A stretch of DNA of 32,000 bases. Source: Fastidiosibacter lacustris. Its GTDB lineage: Bacteria; Pseudomonadota; Gammaproteobacteria; Francisellales; Francisellaceae. The stretch is taken from contig NZ_QLIR01000008.1 in assembly GCF_003428155.1 (NCBI RefSeq), positions 54,568-86,567 of the forward strand. The letters run 5' to 3'. The position numbers were made by a program, and so were the translations under genes. Below are positions 1 to 9,264 of this stretch, one piece after another (position 1 is the stretch's first letter; every line of letters starts with the position of its first letter). Under the pieces are notes generated by a model. The model did no database searches. It saw only the letters and a list, made by a program, of their open reading frames with translations, and was not told where the DNA came from.

Positions 1-834
1 GCGTTTAATGCTCAAAAAGCAGGGCATACAGGAAGCCTTGATCCATTGGCAACAGGCGTACTCCCAATTTGCTTTGGGCAAGCCACACGCATTTCGCAAT
101 ATTTATTAGATGCAAATAAAAGCTATGAAGCCACCATCCAATTAGGTATTAGCACTGACAGTGGTGATATAGAAGGTCAAGTAATTCGTACAAGTGATAT
201 TCCAGTGCTGGATGAAGAGACAATCAACACCACACTTCAGCGCTTTATTGGTCAAATTAAACAAGTACCACCTATGTATTCAGCCCTTAAACATCAAGGT
301 GTGCCATTATATGAGTTTGCGCGTAAAGGTATTGAAATAGAGCGAAAACCAAGAGTAATAACTATTTTCGCACTTAAACTTATTGACTACGACGCATATA
401 AGCATACGATAAATATTGATGTTCACTGCTCTAAAGGCACCTATATTCGCACACTTGGCATGGATATCGCTCAAGCACTTGGCACTGATGGTCATTTAAC
501 TAAGCTTACACGTACACAATGTGGTCTGCTTAGCAGTCAAATCATGCTTGAAATTGATAATTTAGAGCAACTAACTATTACCCAACGCCATAGTAGGGTA
601 CTTAATACAGAATGTGTATTTACAGATACCCCAATTTTTACTATACCTTGCGACGCACATAGTTTATTTTACTCAAAAGGAAAACTACAATTAGAAAGGA
701 ACTTTAGTGGAATTGCAAGAATTTATGATCAAGGGCACTTTGTTGCAATCGGCTATTTTGAACAAGGTAACTTGATTAAAAAACAACTCTTTTTACAAGG
801 CATCATCAATAATGGGCACGAAATACACAATTAA
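1..834 (+). CDS. truB: tRNA pseudouridine(55) synthase TruB, 5'-partial (starts upstream of the window)
   Basis: Frame 1 is open from nt 1. The translation AFNAQKAGHTGSLDPLATGVLPICFG carries the TruB catalytic-Asp motif (HTGxLDPxATG). The TTG at 46 in the ORF track is internal. Stop codon ends at 834. Confidence 0.9.
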   Translation, partial: AFNAQKAGHTGSLDPLATGVLPICFGQATRISQYLLDANKSYEATIQLGISTDSGDIEGQVIRTSDIPVLDEETINTTLQRFIGQIKQVPPMYSALKHQGVPLYEFARKGIEIERKPRVITIFALKLIDYDAYKHTINIDVHCSKGTYIRTLGMDIAQALGTDGHLTKLTRTQCGLLSSQIMLEIDNLEQLTITQRHSRVLNTECVFTDTPIFTIPCDAHSLFYSKGKLQLERNFSGIARIYDQGHFVAIGYFEQGNLIKKQLFLQGIINNGHEIHN

Positions 835-3241
835 AAATGATCCCAACAGGGAAAATGAAGCACAGAAATATGATGATCCAATTCCAAGTCGTGATGTGAT
901 TTTGGCTTATCTTAAAGATTTAAATCAACCTACAGTTTTTGAAAACATTGCCGAAGCGTTGTCACTTAAACGCAATCGACAACTTGATGCGCTTGCTAAT
1001 CGCTTAGGGGCAATGACTCGAGATGAACAACTTGAACAAGATGGACAATATTTTAGATTGTTTAAACAAAAGCAACATATTGTTACGGGTATAGTACGCG
1101 TTGAAAATGATGGTAATGCCATTGTTACCACAGAAGATAAAATGTACAGTGCTTTCTTACCACAACACCAAGCAAAACTGGTGTTCAATGGTGATAAGGT
1201 CTGTGCTGTTATCCTTGGTTTAAATCGCAAACACAAATTAGAAGCCAGAATTGACAGTATTATTCAACGCAATACAACGGAAATCATTGGTCGTTACAGC
1301 CAGCAGCTAGACAGCCATTTAATCCAGCCCGTTAGCAAAACTATGTCACGCCATATTTTATTACTACCTCCCAAAAAAGCGCTAGAACCTGATGCCCTGA
1401 TTAAGGCTAAAGTGATTATTTACCCTTCACCCATATCTCCAGCAGTAGCTGAATTTACTGAATTGCTTGAAGAACAATCCCCTATTCTCACTGCTATTTC
1501 GATTGCAAGTAGAAAGCACAATCTAATTGAAGCATGGTCTAAAAAAACCGAAAAATTTGTTACTACGCTACCACAACAGGTGCTGCCTGATGAAATCATT
1601 GAGCGTGTTGATTTACGCCACTTGCCGTTTGTCACAATAGACGGTGAAGATGCAAAAGACTTTGATGACGCGGTTTATGCACATAAAAGCTCAACTGATG
1701 GTTGGAAATTATACGTTGCGATTGCAGATGTCTCTTACTATGTTCGAGCTGATTCTACCTTAGATAAAGATGCTCAAAGTCGGTCAACTTCTGTATATTT
1801 TCCTGGCTATGTTATTCCGATGTTGCCAGAAAAGATTTCTAACGAACTTTGTTCTTTAAAGCCTAACGTTGATCGTTTAGCATTGATCTGTGAAATGAAC
1901 ATCAGTCAAAGTGCTCGCCTGTCACGTTATAAATTTTATTCTGGAGTGATTAACTCTAAGGCACGCCTAACTTATACTGAAGTTAGCAAACTTTTAAATC
2001 ATAAAGAGTCACATATTTACTACCAACAACCTGAACTTGTCCCAAACCTTTTTGACTTATATGACTTATATCAAATACTTGCCAAGGCACGAAAAATAAG
2101 AGGTGCGATTGATTTTGATAAGGTTGAAACTCAAATTATTCTTAATGAACATAACCATATCGAGGCTATTGTTCCACGTCAACGCAATCAAGCTCATAAA
2201 GTAATTGAAGAATGTATGTTGATGGCTAACGTCGCAACAGCCAAATTTATTGAAAAACACAAAGCACATGCACCATTTCGTGTACATGGCGCACCTCCGA
2301 GTGGCAAAATTGAGGATCTGAGAGCCTATTTACACTCCTTAGGGATTAGTTTTAAACCTAACAAGAAAGGAGTTACTTCTGCTGACTATAGCCACATGCT
2401 CGAACAAGCTAAAGATCGAGAAGACTTTGCCAATATCCAATTGATGACCTTAAAAAGCATGAATCAGGCAATTTACACACCTGACAATCAAGGGCATTTT
2501 GGTTTAGCCTACCCTGCTTATACTCATTTCACATCACCTATTCGTCGCTATCCTGACTTATTGACTCATCGCACTATTAAATCGATTATTAGTGAGAAAA
2601 AATTTGGTGCTAAAAGTTATACCCATACTCAATTAAATGAGCTTTGCTCTCATGCTTCAAACCAAGAACGCAATGCAGATTCTGCATCCACGGATGTTGA
2701 AAAATGGCTAAAATGTCACTTTCTTCACAACCGTATTGGTGAACTGTTTGCTGGCAAAATTGTTCATGTCACTGGATTCGGAATGTATGTTGAATTGATA
2801 GACAACTACATCGAAGGGCTTGTGCATATCTCTACTATGCATAGTGATTATTATATCTTTGACGAAGCACAACATCGTCTTATTGGTCAACGTACTAAAG
2901 TTAGCTATAGCATAGGACAAAAAGTACAAGTGCAACTCGTTCGTGTTAACTTAGATGAAATGCAAATTGATTTTGAACTCACATTAAATGGCAAAGGTCG
3001 AAGCAACATTCATGAACAAAATCACAATCCACACCTAAAACGTAAGGCACGCATCAAATCGAGTGAAATTAAAGCCGCAGCTAAGTGCGCACGTAAAAAA
3101 CTAGCAACCAATAGAAAGGTTGAACCTATAAAATTAATTGATTTAAAATCATCCAATTCTCAAAAAACTAAAAAGAAAAAGACTAACATTGGCAAGAACA
3201 TCCGTAAAAAGCCCAATTCAAAACCAACAATAATTGATTAA
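812..3241 (+). CDS. rnr: Ribonuclease R (3'-5' exoribonuclease, RNB family)
   Basis: 809-aa ORF. The N-terminus (NDPNRENEAQKYDDPIPSRDVIL) parallels the E. coli RNase R start. RNB motifs are present: FVTIDGEDAKDFDDAV and GHFGLAYPAYTHFTSPIRRYPDL. An S1-like segment and a Lys-rich C-terminal tail follow. Overlaps the truB end by 23 nt. Confidence 0.92.
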   Translation: MGTKYTIKNDPNRENEAQKYDDPIPSRDVILAYLKDLNQPTVFENIAEALSLKRNRQLDALANRLGAMTRDEQLEQDGQYFRLFKQKQHIVTGIVRVENDGNAIVTTEDKMYSAFLPQHQAKLVFNGDKVCAVILGLNRKHKLEARIDSIIQRNTTEIIGRYSQQLDSHLIQPVSKTMSRHILLLPPKKALEPDALIKAKVIIYPSPISPAVAEFTELLEEQSPILTAISIASRKHNLIEAWSKKTEKFVTTLPQQVLPDEIIERVDLRHLPFVTIDGEDAKDFDDAVYAHKSSTDGWKLYVAIADVSYYVRADSTLDKDAQSRSTSVYFPGYVIPMLPEKISNELCSLKPNVDRLALICEMNISQSARLSRYKFYSGVINSKARLTYTEVSKLLNHKESHIYYQQPELVPNLFDLYDLYQILAKARKIRGAIDFDKVETQIILNEHNHIEAIVPRQRNQAHKVIEECMLMANVATAKFIEKHKAHAPFRVHGAPPSGKIEDLRAYLHSLGISFKPNKKGVTSADYSHMLEQAKDREDFANIQLMTLKSMNQAIYTPDNQGHFGLAYPAYTHFTSPIRRYPDLLTHRTIKSIISEKKFGAKSYTHTQLNELCSHASNQERNADSASTDVEKWLKCHFLHNRIGELFAGKIVHVTGFGMYVELIDNYIEGLVHISTMHSDYYIFDEAQHRLIGQRTKVSYSIGQKVQVQLVRVNLDEMQIDFELTLNGKGRSNIHEQNHNPHLKRKARIKSSEIKAAAKCARKKLATNRKVEPIKLIDLKSSNSQKTKKKKTNIGKNIRKKPNSKPTIID

Positions 3242-3317
3242 TTAAGGTTTTTTGTATATTTACACGCGCTTTAAAATAACACACAATGAGAGTCTATTAA
3301 TCATAGAGAATAAAAAT

Positions 3318-3974
3318 ATGACGATGAAACTCTATCTTTATCAACACTGTCCCTTTTGTATTCGCCCACGTATTGTAGCAGGCTTTAAAAAAATTCCACT
3401 TGAGCTTATTTTTCTTGCTAATGATGATGAGAAAGCACATCTGGATTTAATTGGGAAAAAACAAGTTCCCTTTTTGCAAAAAGAAAATGGTAATTTTTTA
3501 ATCGAAAGTCTGGATATTTGCCAATATCTGAATAACTTTGATAGAAAGCCAATATTGAGCCAAGAAATAGTCACTACAGACACACTTATCAAACTTATCA
3601 GCGATATAAACAATGCCAGTAAGTCAGTTGTTTATCCACGCTTTATTAACCATCCACAAAATCACCAAGATTTTCCAACGCAAAGTGCCAAAGACTATTT
3701 TGAACATAAAAAAGAAAAATATATTGGTTGTTTCAAAGCAAATTTGCGCTTTCCACAAGCGTCTATCGATAAAACAACTCCATTGCTAGATGTACTCAAC
3801 ACATTCCTTACTCATCCATTTGCCAGCGGTGATCAACTGTCTTGGGATGATATTATGCTCTTTCCAGTCTTACGCAACTTAACCATTATTCAGGATTTAA
3901 TTACCATACCTAGTAAAGTCAAGCATTACATCAAGAACATTTGCCAATTAACGGGTATTCAACCCTATCAATGA
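3318..3974 (+). CDS. grxB: Glutaredoxin 2 (GST-fold glutaredoxin)
   Basis: MKLYLYQHCPFCIRPRIVAGFKKIPLELIFLANDDE...KKQVPFLQKENG..ESLDICQYL aligns by eye with E. coli GrxB, whose CPYC motif is CPFC here. Length is about 218 aa. The ORF-track start at 3252 is an AT-rich extension; ATG at 3318 or 3324 is more likely. Confidence 0.8.
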   Translation: MTMKLYLYQHCPFCIRPRIVAGFKKIPLELIFLANDDEKAHLDLIGKKQVPFLQKENGNFLIESLDICQYLNNFDRKPILSQEIVTTDTLIKLISDINNASKSVVYPRFINHPQNHQDFPTQSAKDYFEHKKEKYIGCFKANLRFPQASIDKTTPLLDVLNTFLTHPFASGDQLSWDDIMLFPVLRNLTIIQDLITIPSKVKHYIKNICQLTGIQPYQ

Positions 3975-3977
3975 AAG

Positions 3978-4442
3978 CTATCCAATATCCTGTCGTAAGT
4001 TGTTGCAAGTCTGCACTGCAAGGTCCAATCCATAACCTTGACGCAATAAATATTGAATACGCTTTTGTTTATCTTTTAAATCAGTGATGGGTTGATCATG
4101 ATATTTTTCCCGATAACATAGTCTAGCTTCTTTAACCCAATCGATTTCAAGTAAAGATAATACCTTGCCTAACGTCGCAGGATCCACACCTTTTTCATAT
4201 ATAAGTTTTTGTTGAATCCGTAGCAATCCATAATGCTTATTAAGACAGCTTGATACAACCATATGAGCATAGCGCAAATCAGACTGCCAACCGTTTTGAA
4301 TAAACTCATCTAGTAAAGACTCTATTTGCTCTAATGATAAATTTCCTCGAAGCTTAAGCTTTTGCTTAAGTTGTGCATACGAATAATCTTGCTTTGCTAA
4401 AAGATAAAGAAGATAAACTCGCTCAGAGTTGGTCTTTTGCAT
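3978..4442 (-). CDS. recX: RecA regulator RecX
   Basis: 154-aa helical ORF immediately downstream of recA on the same strand, overlapping the recA 3' end by 20 nt. Size and position are typical of RecX. The call rests mainly on context and general sequence character. Confidence 0.75.
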   Translation of the reverse strand: MQKTNSERVYLLYLLAKQDYSYAQLKQKLKLRGNLSLEQIESLLDEFIQNGWQSDLRYAHMVVSSCLNKHYGLLRIQQKLIYEKGVDPATLGKVLSLLEIDWVKEARLCYREKYHDQPITDLKDKQKRIQYLLRQGYGLDLAVQTCNNLRQDIG

Positions 4443-5457
4443 CGTTAACGACAGATTGGTTTTTAGTTACGTTTGGCAATAGTTGTTCCAAGATGGTTTT
4501 ATGTAAGCTCTCTTTTATTGTCAGATTTTCTTTTAAATATGCCCGCACATTATCCTTGCCTTGACCAATACGCTCTCCATTATAGCTATACCAAGCACCT
4601 GCTTTATCTATAATATTATACTTAACACCTAAATCAATAAGCTCGCCTTCAAGCGAAGTTCCTTCACCATACAAAATATCAAAATCCGCTTGCTTAAATG
4701 GTGGAGAAACCTTATTTTTAACGACTTTCACCTTAGTCTCATTACCTAAAATTTCCTCCCCTTTTTTAATGGGACTACCACGTTTTATTTCTAAACGAAC
4801 AGAAGCATAAAACTTAAGTGCATTACCCCCTGTCGTTGTTTCAGGATTACCAAACATTACACCAATTTTCATTCGAATTTGGTTAATAAACACTACCAGT
4901 GTATTAGAACGCTTGATATTGGCCGTAAGCTTACGTAAGGCTTGTGACATTAAACGTGCCTGTAATCCCATGTGTGAATCACCCATTTCGCCCTCGATTT
5001 CTGCTTTTGGTGTCAACGCAGCAACAGAATCAATTACCACGATATCAACTGCACCTGAACGCACCAACATATCAACAATCTCTAACGCCTGCTCTCCTGT
5101 ATCTGGTTGCGAAACTATGAGATTTTTAAGATCAACTCCTAATGCTTCGGCATAAACAGGATCAAGTGCATGTTCCGCATCGACAAACGCGGCCGTACCA
5201 CCATTTTTTTGACATTGTGCAATCGCTTGTAAAGTTAAAGTTGTTTTACCTGAAGACTCCGAACCATATATTTCAACAACGCGCCCTTTTGGTAAACCGC
5301 CAACACCAAGAGCAACGTCTAATCCAATCGAACCAGTTGAAATCACTTCAATGTCTTTGACTAAATCTGTGTCCCCCATGCGCATAATGGAGCCTTTCCC
5401 AAATTGCCTTTCAATCTGTGTCAATGCGGAATTTAATGCCTGTTCTTTATTGCTCAT
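4423..5457 (-). CDS. recA: Recombinase RecA
   Basis: 344 aa. Walker [10 protein letters not shown] is present. The highly conserved [35 protein letters not shown] block is also present. Confidence 0.97.
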   Translation of the reverse strand: MSNKEQALNSALTQIERQFGKGSIMRMGDTDLVKDIEVISTGSIGLDVALGVGGLPKGRVVEIYGSESSGKTTLTLQAIAQCQKNGGTAAFVDAEHALDPVYAEALGVDLKNLIVSQPDTGEQALEIVDMLVRSGAVDIVVIDSVAALTPKAEIEGEMGDSHMGLQARLMSQALRKLTANIKRSNTLVVFINQIRMKIGVMFGNPETTTGGNALKFYASVRLEIKRGSPIKKGEEILGNETKVKVVKNKVSPPFKQADFDILYGEGTSLEGELIDLGVKYNIIDKAGAWYSYNGERIGQGKDNVRAYLKENLTIKESLHKTILEQLLPNVTKNQSVVNDAKDQL

Positions 5458-5566
5458 GACTACCCTTAATGTAATGAAACTGACGAGATAAAAATATCGA
5501 CTTAATGTACCATATTATGCGTGGCGAACAAAAGAGATATAGAAGAAATCAGTGTGATTTTATATG

Positions 5567-6553
5567 TCATAGCTTTACAGTATTAAAATCGATTAAAATA
5601 TCGTTGATTAAATCAAAAATGTCAGCGCATCGATTAGGGTGATTATTGAAGTCTGATCTCTTAAGACAATCAAGCAGAGATAATAAATTCAATAGGTTTA
5701 AAGTTCTACGCCAATTCCCAAGTAATTTAATCCCACCATCCCTCAATCCATTTAGAAAAGTAGTTTGAAACTCTGATGGCATTTTATGAGCGTATCTAAG
5801 CATGTTAGCAACATCCCATAGAACTGATCCTGAAAAAGCGAATTCCCAATCTAAAATACCAACCACTTTCCAAACACCATTAATTTTGTCTACCAAAATA
5901 TTTGCTGGATCGAAATCGCCATGAACAAGATTTTTTTCGCTTTCCCTAGGGAACATATAGCTGTATTGACTAAAAATTTCGTTAATTACTGAAATCATTG
6001 CTGGCGTAAGCACAGATAAAATGGTTTCATGCTTTAAGCAATCTTGAGCAAAACTCAAATAATCATTAGATGATTCATGAGGAATAACTCTTAATTTTTT
6101 ATCCAAGAATCCTGCTTGTGGAAATTCATAAGATGCAATTTTTGAAAGAATTATGCCTACCTTATAGATGATTAGGCTGATCTCATGTGAAGCATCCCTC
6201 CTTAACAAAAGATCTCGAAGAGAAATTCCTGGCATAAACTCAGTAATTGCAAAACTATACTTTTCAAGTATGCCTGTATAATACGTCAGTGGTACTGGTA
6301 TATTTTGTTTTAATAATGTTGCTAATTTTTGCTCACGGTAAACCGCGTCCCTATCGCGCAAATAAAGACGCAAAATTAAAGGTTGTTTTTTATCTTCAAG
6401 TAGAAACTTGATGTTAAGGTTAGCACAACCACCAGCGGTGAACTGAAAAGAATTGAGCTTTTGGTCGGGATAGGCAAGCCGTACCATTTTTTCTATAACA
6501 CCTTCTGATAATTCATGTGTAATGCTTGTTTTTTCCCAATTAGCTTTAAACAT
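5567..6553 (-). CDS. Phosphotransferase of the APH/choline-kinase fold, substrate unknown
   Basis: 328 aa. Carries the catalytic-loop motif LVHGDFDPANILV (HxDxxxxN) and the metal-binding ILDWEFAFSG (DxE), as in aminoglycoside, thiamine and homoserine kinase-type enzymes. GGAG lies 9 nt upstream of the ATG. Confidence 0.75.
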   Translation of the reverse strand: MFKANWEKTSITHELSEGVIEKMVRLAYPDQKLNSFQFTAGGCANLNIKFLLEDKKQPLILRLYLRDRDAVYREQKLATLLKQNIPVPLTYYTGILEKYSFAITEFMPGISLRDLLLRRDASHEISLIIYKVGIILSKIASYEFPQAGFLDKKLRVIPHESSNDYLSFAQDCLKHETILSVLTPAMISVINEIFSQYSYMFPRESEKNLVHGDFDPANILVDKINGVWKVVGILDWEFAFSGSVLWDVANMLRYAHKMPSEFQTTFLNGLRDGGIKLLGNWRRTLNLLNLLSLLDCLKRSDFNNHPNRCADIFDLINDILIDFNTVKL

Positions 6554-6577
6554 ATTACAGACTCCGTTTTAAACACT

Positions 6578-6626
6578 AACCTACCCCGCGCATTTGAGAC
6601 ACTTTTGAATTTTCAACTCCATCATA
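6578..6626 (-). repeat. Copy A of a shared 5'-leader element; the 38-nt core is 6589..6626
   Basis: The core cgcatttgagacacttttgaattttcaactccatcata matches 27203..27240 at 35/38. Extended to 49 nt the match is 42/49. It contains the palindrome TTGAA-TT-TTCAA (6605..6616). It lies 24-73 nt upstream of the kinase ATG, in the same orientation relative to the gene as copy B. Confidence 0.8.
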
Positions 6627-6873
6627 TTTTCCAACTGTTTTGAAGTCATGTAATTTATTGGTCAGGATAAACGGGTAATATTGTCTTTTAGAAATTATCA
6701 AATAAATCACTCATAATTTAACAAATACAAAAATCTTATCACTTGTTACCTTTTCTCTACAAATCAATAGATATTTGTCTCATTTACTGCCAAAATAAAT
6801 TAAAATGATTGAGGTTGCAACTAATCTATAGCCATTTACATTCAGCTAGCTATTAGCTTCATACAAACTAAAG

Positions 6874-7263
6874 TTAAACGCGACAAAAAGAAATATTGTA
6901 GCTTGTTGCCTGTGGTGTTGGAGCACTAAATGTTATGGTTTTTTGCAAGTCTCCATACAGTTCAACTGGCGTCCATGGTTGTAACTGCCCCACATTAAAT
7001 CCATTTTTATCTAGCCATTGCACCTGGTATTGAAATTGCTGGTTGGACGATTTTTTATTCTCTACGATCACTTGCCCTTGCAGCGTATCACCAGCAGAAG
7101 TTCTTGTACTTAACTGAATAGCCTTTAACTGACCAAAACCTGAGCCAAAGCTCTGTGATGTATTGGCATTTGCAGGCATGGTAATACAGCGACTTGCACA
7201 TCCTGTTAATACCATTACCATCACTCCCACAAAACCCACATTCTTCAAACTTCTGACATTCAT
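6874..7263 (-). CDS. YcfL-like (DUF1425) lipoprotein
   Basis: Signal peptide with lipobox: MNVRSLKNVGFVGVMVMVLTG|C. The C-terminal pattern FQYQVQWLDKNGFNV...FSAPTPQATSYNISF resembles the YcfL YxxxWxDxxG pattern. AGGAG lies 6 nt before the ATG at 7263, which I prefer over the track start at 7287. Confidence 0.55.
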   Translation of the reverse strand: MNVRSLKNVGFVGVMVMVLTGCASRCITMPANANTSQSFGSGFGQLKAIQLSTRTSAGDTLQGQVIVENKKSSNQQFQYQVQWLDKNGFNVGQLQPWTPVELYGDLQKTITFSAPTPQATSYNISFCRV

Positions 7264-7293
7264 GCTAGTCTCCTGTTTTATTGACATCTTTTA

Positions 7294-9198
7294 CTACTCA
7301 GACAAGAAACTCTTTAGCGTTTCTGAACGTGATGGATGTCTAAGTTTACGTAACGCCTTAGCTTCAATCTGACGAATACGCTCGCGTGTCACGTCAAACT
7401 GCTTACCTACTTCCTCTAAAGTGTGATCGGTATTCATATCAATTCCAAAGCGCATACGAAGCACCTTTGCCTCTCGTTCTGTCAATGTGCTTAAAATTTC
7501 TTTGGTAACTTCACGCAAACTTTCACCTGTTGCACTATCAACGGGAGAATCAGAGATCGAATCCTCAATAAAATCACCTAAATTTGAATCTTCATCGTCA
7601 CCAATCGGTGTTTCCATTGAAATTGGTTCTTTAGCAATTTTCATGATCCTACGAATTTTATCTTCCGACATATCGATGTGCTGGCTTAACTCCTCTGGTG
7701 TTGCTTCTTTACCCGTCTCTTGCAAAATTTGACGTGAGATGCGATTAAGTTTATTAATTGTCTCTATCATATGCACTGGAATTCGAATTGTACGCGCCTG
7801 ATCTGCAATTGAACGTGTAATGGCTTGACGAATCCACCAAGTTGCATAAGTTGAAAACTTATAACCACGCCGATACTCAAATTTATCTACTGCCTTCATC
7901 AAACCAATGTTACCTTCTTGAATCAAGTCCAAGAACTGTAACCCGCGATTAGTATATTTTTTAGCAATTGAAATCACCAAACGTAAATTTGCTTCAATCA
8001 TTTCTTTCTTAGCACGTCTGGCTTTAGCTTCACCAACTGAAATACGTTTACTGGCTTCTCTTAATTCATAGATCGACATATCAGCACGATCTTCAATTAA
8101 ACCAAGCTTAATTTGAATTGACTTTGCTTCTTCCAATACGTTGACCAAATCAGGGTATTTTGCAACAGCTTTATCTAACCAATCGATATCCGTTTCATGT
8201 CCTTGAAATTGATTAACAAAATATTGCTTTGGCATTTTTCCTCTTTCAACACATAAACGCATAAGCTTACGATCATACGCACGAACTTCAGTCACCAAAG
8301 CACGGATCGCATTGATCAATCGGTTTAATTGCGCACTAGTATAACGTAAACTTAAAAATAAGCTTGAAACTTGATTGAGTGCATCTTTGTAAACCTGACT
8401 GCCTGCATCCTGATCTAGCAGATAGTTAAACTTAGCTTCTAACTCAGCAAATTTTTGTGCAGCAAGATCAGGATCTGGACCTGTATCTTCCGAAGTATCT
8501 GCAACTGATGCGCTCCCTGAATCATCCTCATCTTCAGCAACTTCCTCAGTTGCCGCATCTTCCAAAGTCTCTTCAGGATTATCAAGCATAGAGCCAACAT
8601 CTGTCCCTGTTGCATCAATCTCTTCACCCTCGTTAAACCCTGAAATTAAATCAGAAAATTTGACAAATTTATAAAGTAGAGTTTCTTTTTTTTCTTCATC
8701 TTCAAGTGCATTGTATTCTTCGCGCGCTACATCCATTAAGTCTTGATAACGCCCCAATAAGGACTTGATCACAAAAGGATACTCAGAAAGTGCATTAAGC
8801 ACTTCTTTTGTGCCTTGCTCGATGCGTTTTGCAATTTCAATTTCCCCTGAGCGAGTTAAAAGATCGACCGAACCCATCTCACGCATATACATCCTAACTG
8901 GATCGGTGGTACGTCCAAAATCACCATCAGAAGACAGTGCTTGTACGGCATCCTCATCAGATGTGCTTTCAGCTTCCGCTTCAAGCAATAATAAATCCTC
9001 TGCATTCGGTGTTGATTCAAATACCTTAACACCGACATCATTAATCATCTGAATGACTTCTTCAATGCGCTCAGGATCAGTAATTTCATCCGGCAAATAG
9101 TCGTTCACATCAGCATAAGTCAAATAACCTTGCTCACGACCAAGCGCCAATAATTCTTTTATTCGAGATAATTGCTGTTCTTTTGTTTGATCTGACAT
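7294..9198 (-). CDS. rpoD: RNA polymerase sigma-70 factor RpoD
   Basis: Region 2 ([32 protein letters not shown]) and region 4 ([30 protein letters not shown]) are unmistakable. An acidic non-conserved insert is present. The likely start is MSDQTKEQQ at 9198, with GGTGAG upstream; the track start at 9243 is an extension. Confidence 0.95.
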   Translation of the reverse strand: MSDQTKEQQLSRIKELLALGREQGYLTYADVNDYLPDEITDPERIEEVIQMINDVGVKVFESTPNAEDLLLLEAEAESTSDEDAVQALSSDGDFGRTTDPVRMYMREMGSVDLLTRSGEIEIAKRIEQGTKEVLNALSEYPFVIKSLLGRYQDLMDVAREEYNALEDEEKKETLLYKFVKFSDLISGFNEGEEIDATGTDVGSMLDNPEETLEDAATEEVAEDEDDSGSASVADTSEDTGPDPDLAAQKFAELEAKFNYLLDQDAGSQVYKDALNQVSSLFLSLRYTSAQLNRLINAIRALVTEVRAYDRKLMRLCVERGKMPKQYFVNQFQGHETDIDWLDKAVAKYPDLVNVLEEAKSIQIKLGLIEDRADMSIYELREASKRISVGEAKARRAKKEMIEANLRLVISIAKKYTNRGLQFLDLIQEGNIGLMKAVDKFEYRRGYKFSTYATWWIRQAITRSIADQARTIRIPVHMIETINKLNRISRQILQETGKEATPEELSQHIDMSEDKIRRIMKIAKEPISMETPIGDDEDSNLGDFIEDSISDSPVDSATGESLREVTKEILSTLTEREAKVLRMRFGIDMNTDHTLEEVGKQFDVTRERIRQIEAKALRKLRHPSRSETLKSFLSE

Positions 9199-9264
9199 TA
9201 AAATCTCACCTATTTTATACACCATCTTAGTTAACCATGTCATGACAACACGATCTAAAGGTAG

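Noticed and set aside
2990-3238. The Lys-rich low-complexity tail of RNase R and the acidic Asp/Glu-rich insert in RpoD (about 8440..8640).
   Set aside because: Both are well-known normal features of these protein families, not repeats or insertions of interest.
5458-5566. Looked for an SOS (LexA) box of the form CTGT-N8-ACAG upstream of recA.
   Set aside because: No such dyad is visible in the 109-nt recA upstream region, so no claim is made. Its absence would fit lineages that lack LexA, but that cannot be judged from this window.
9199-9243. N-terminal extensions suggested by the ORF track: rpoD to 9243, rpsU to 11962, grxB to 3252, ycfL-like to 7287, prlC to 20812 and dnaG to 11052.
   Set aside because: Family-typical N-termini and Shine-Dalgarno sequences sit at the downstream ATGs (9198, 11926, 3318/3324, 7263, 20785, 11046). 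The extensions are not conserved-looking.
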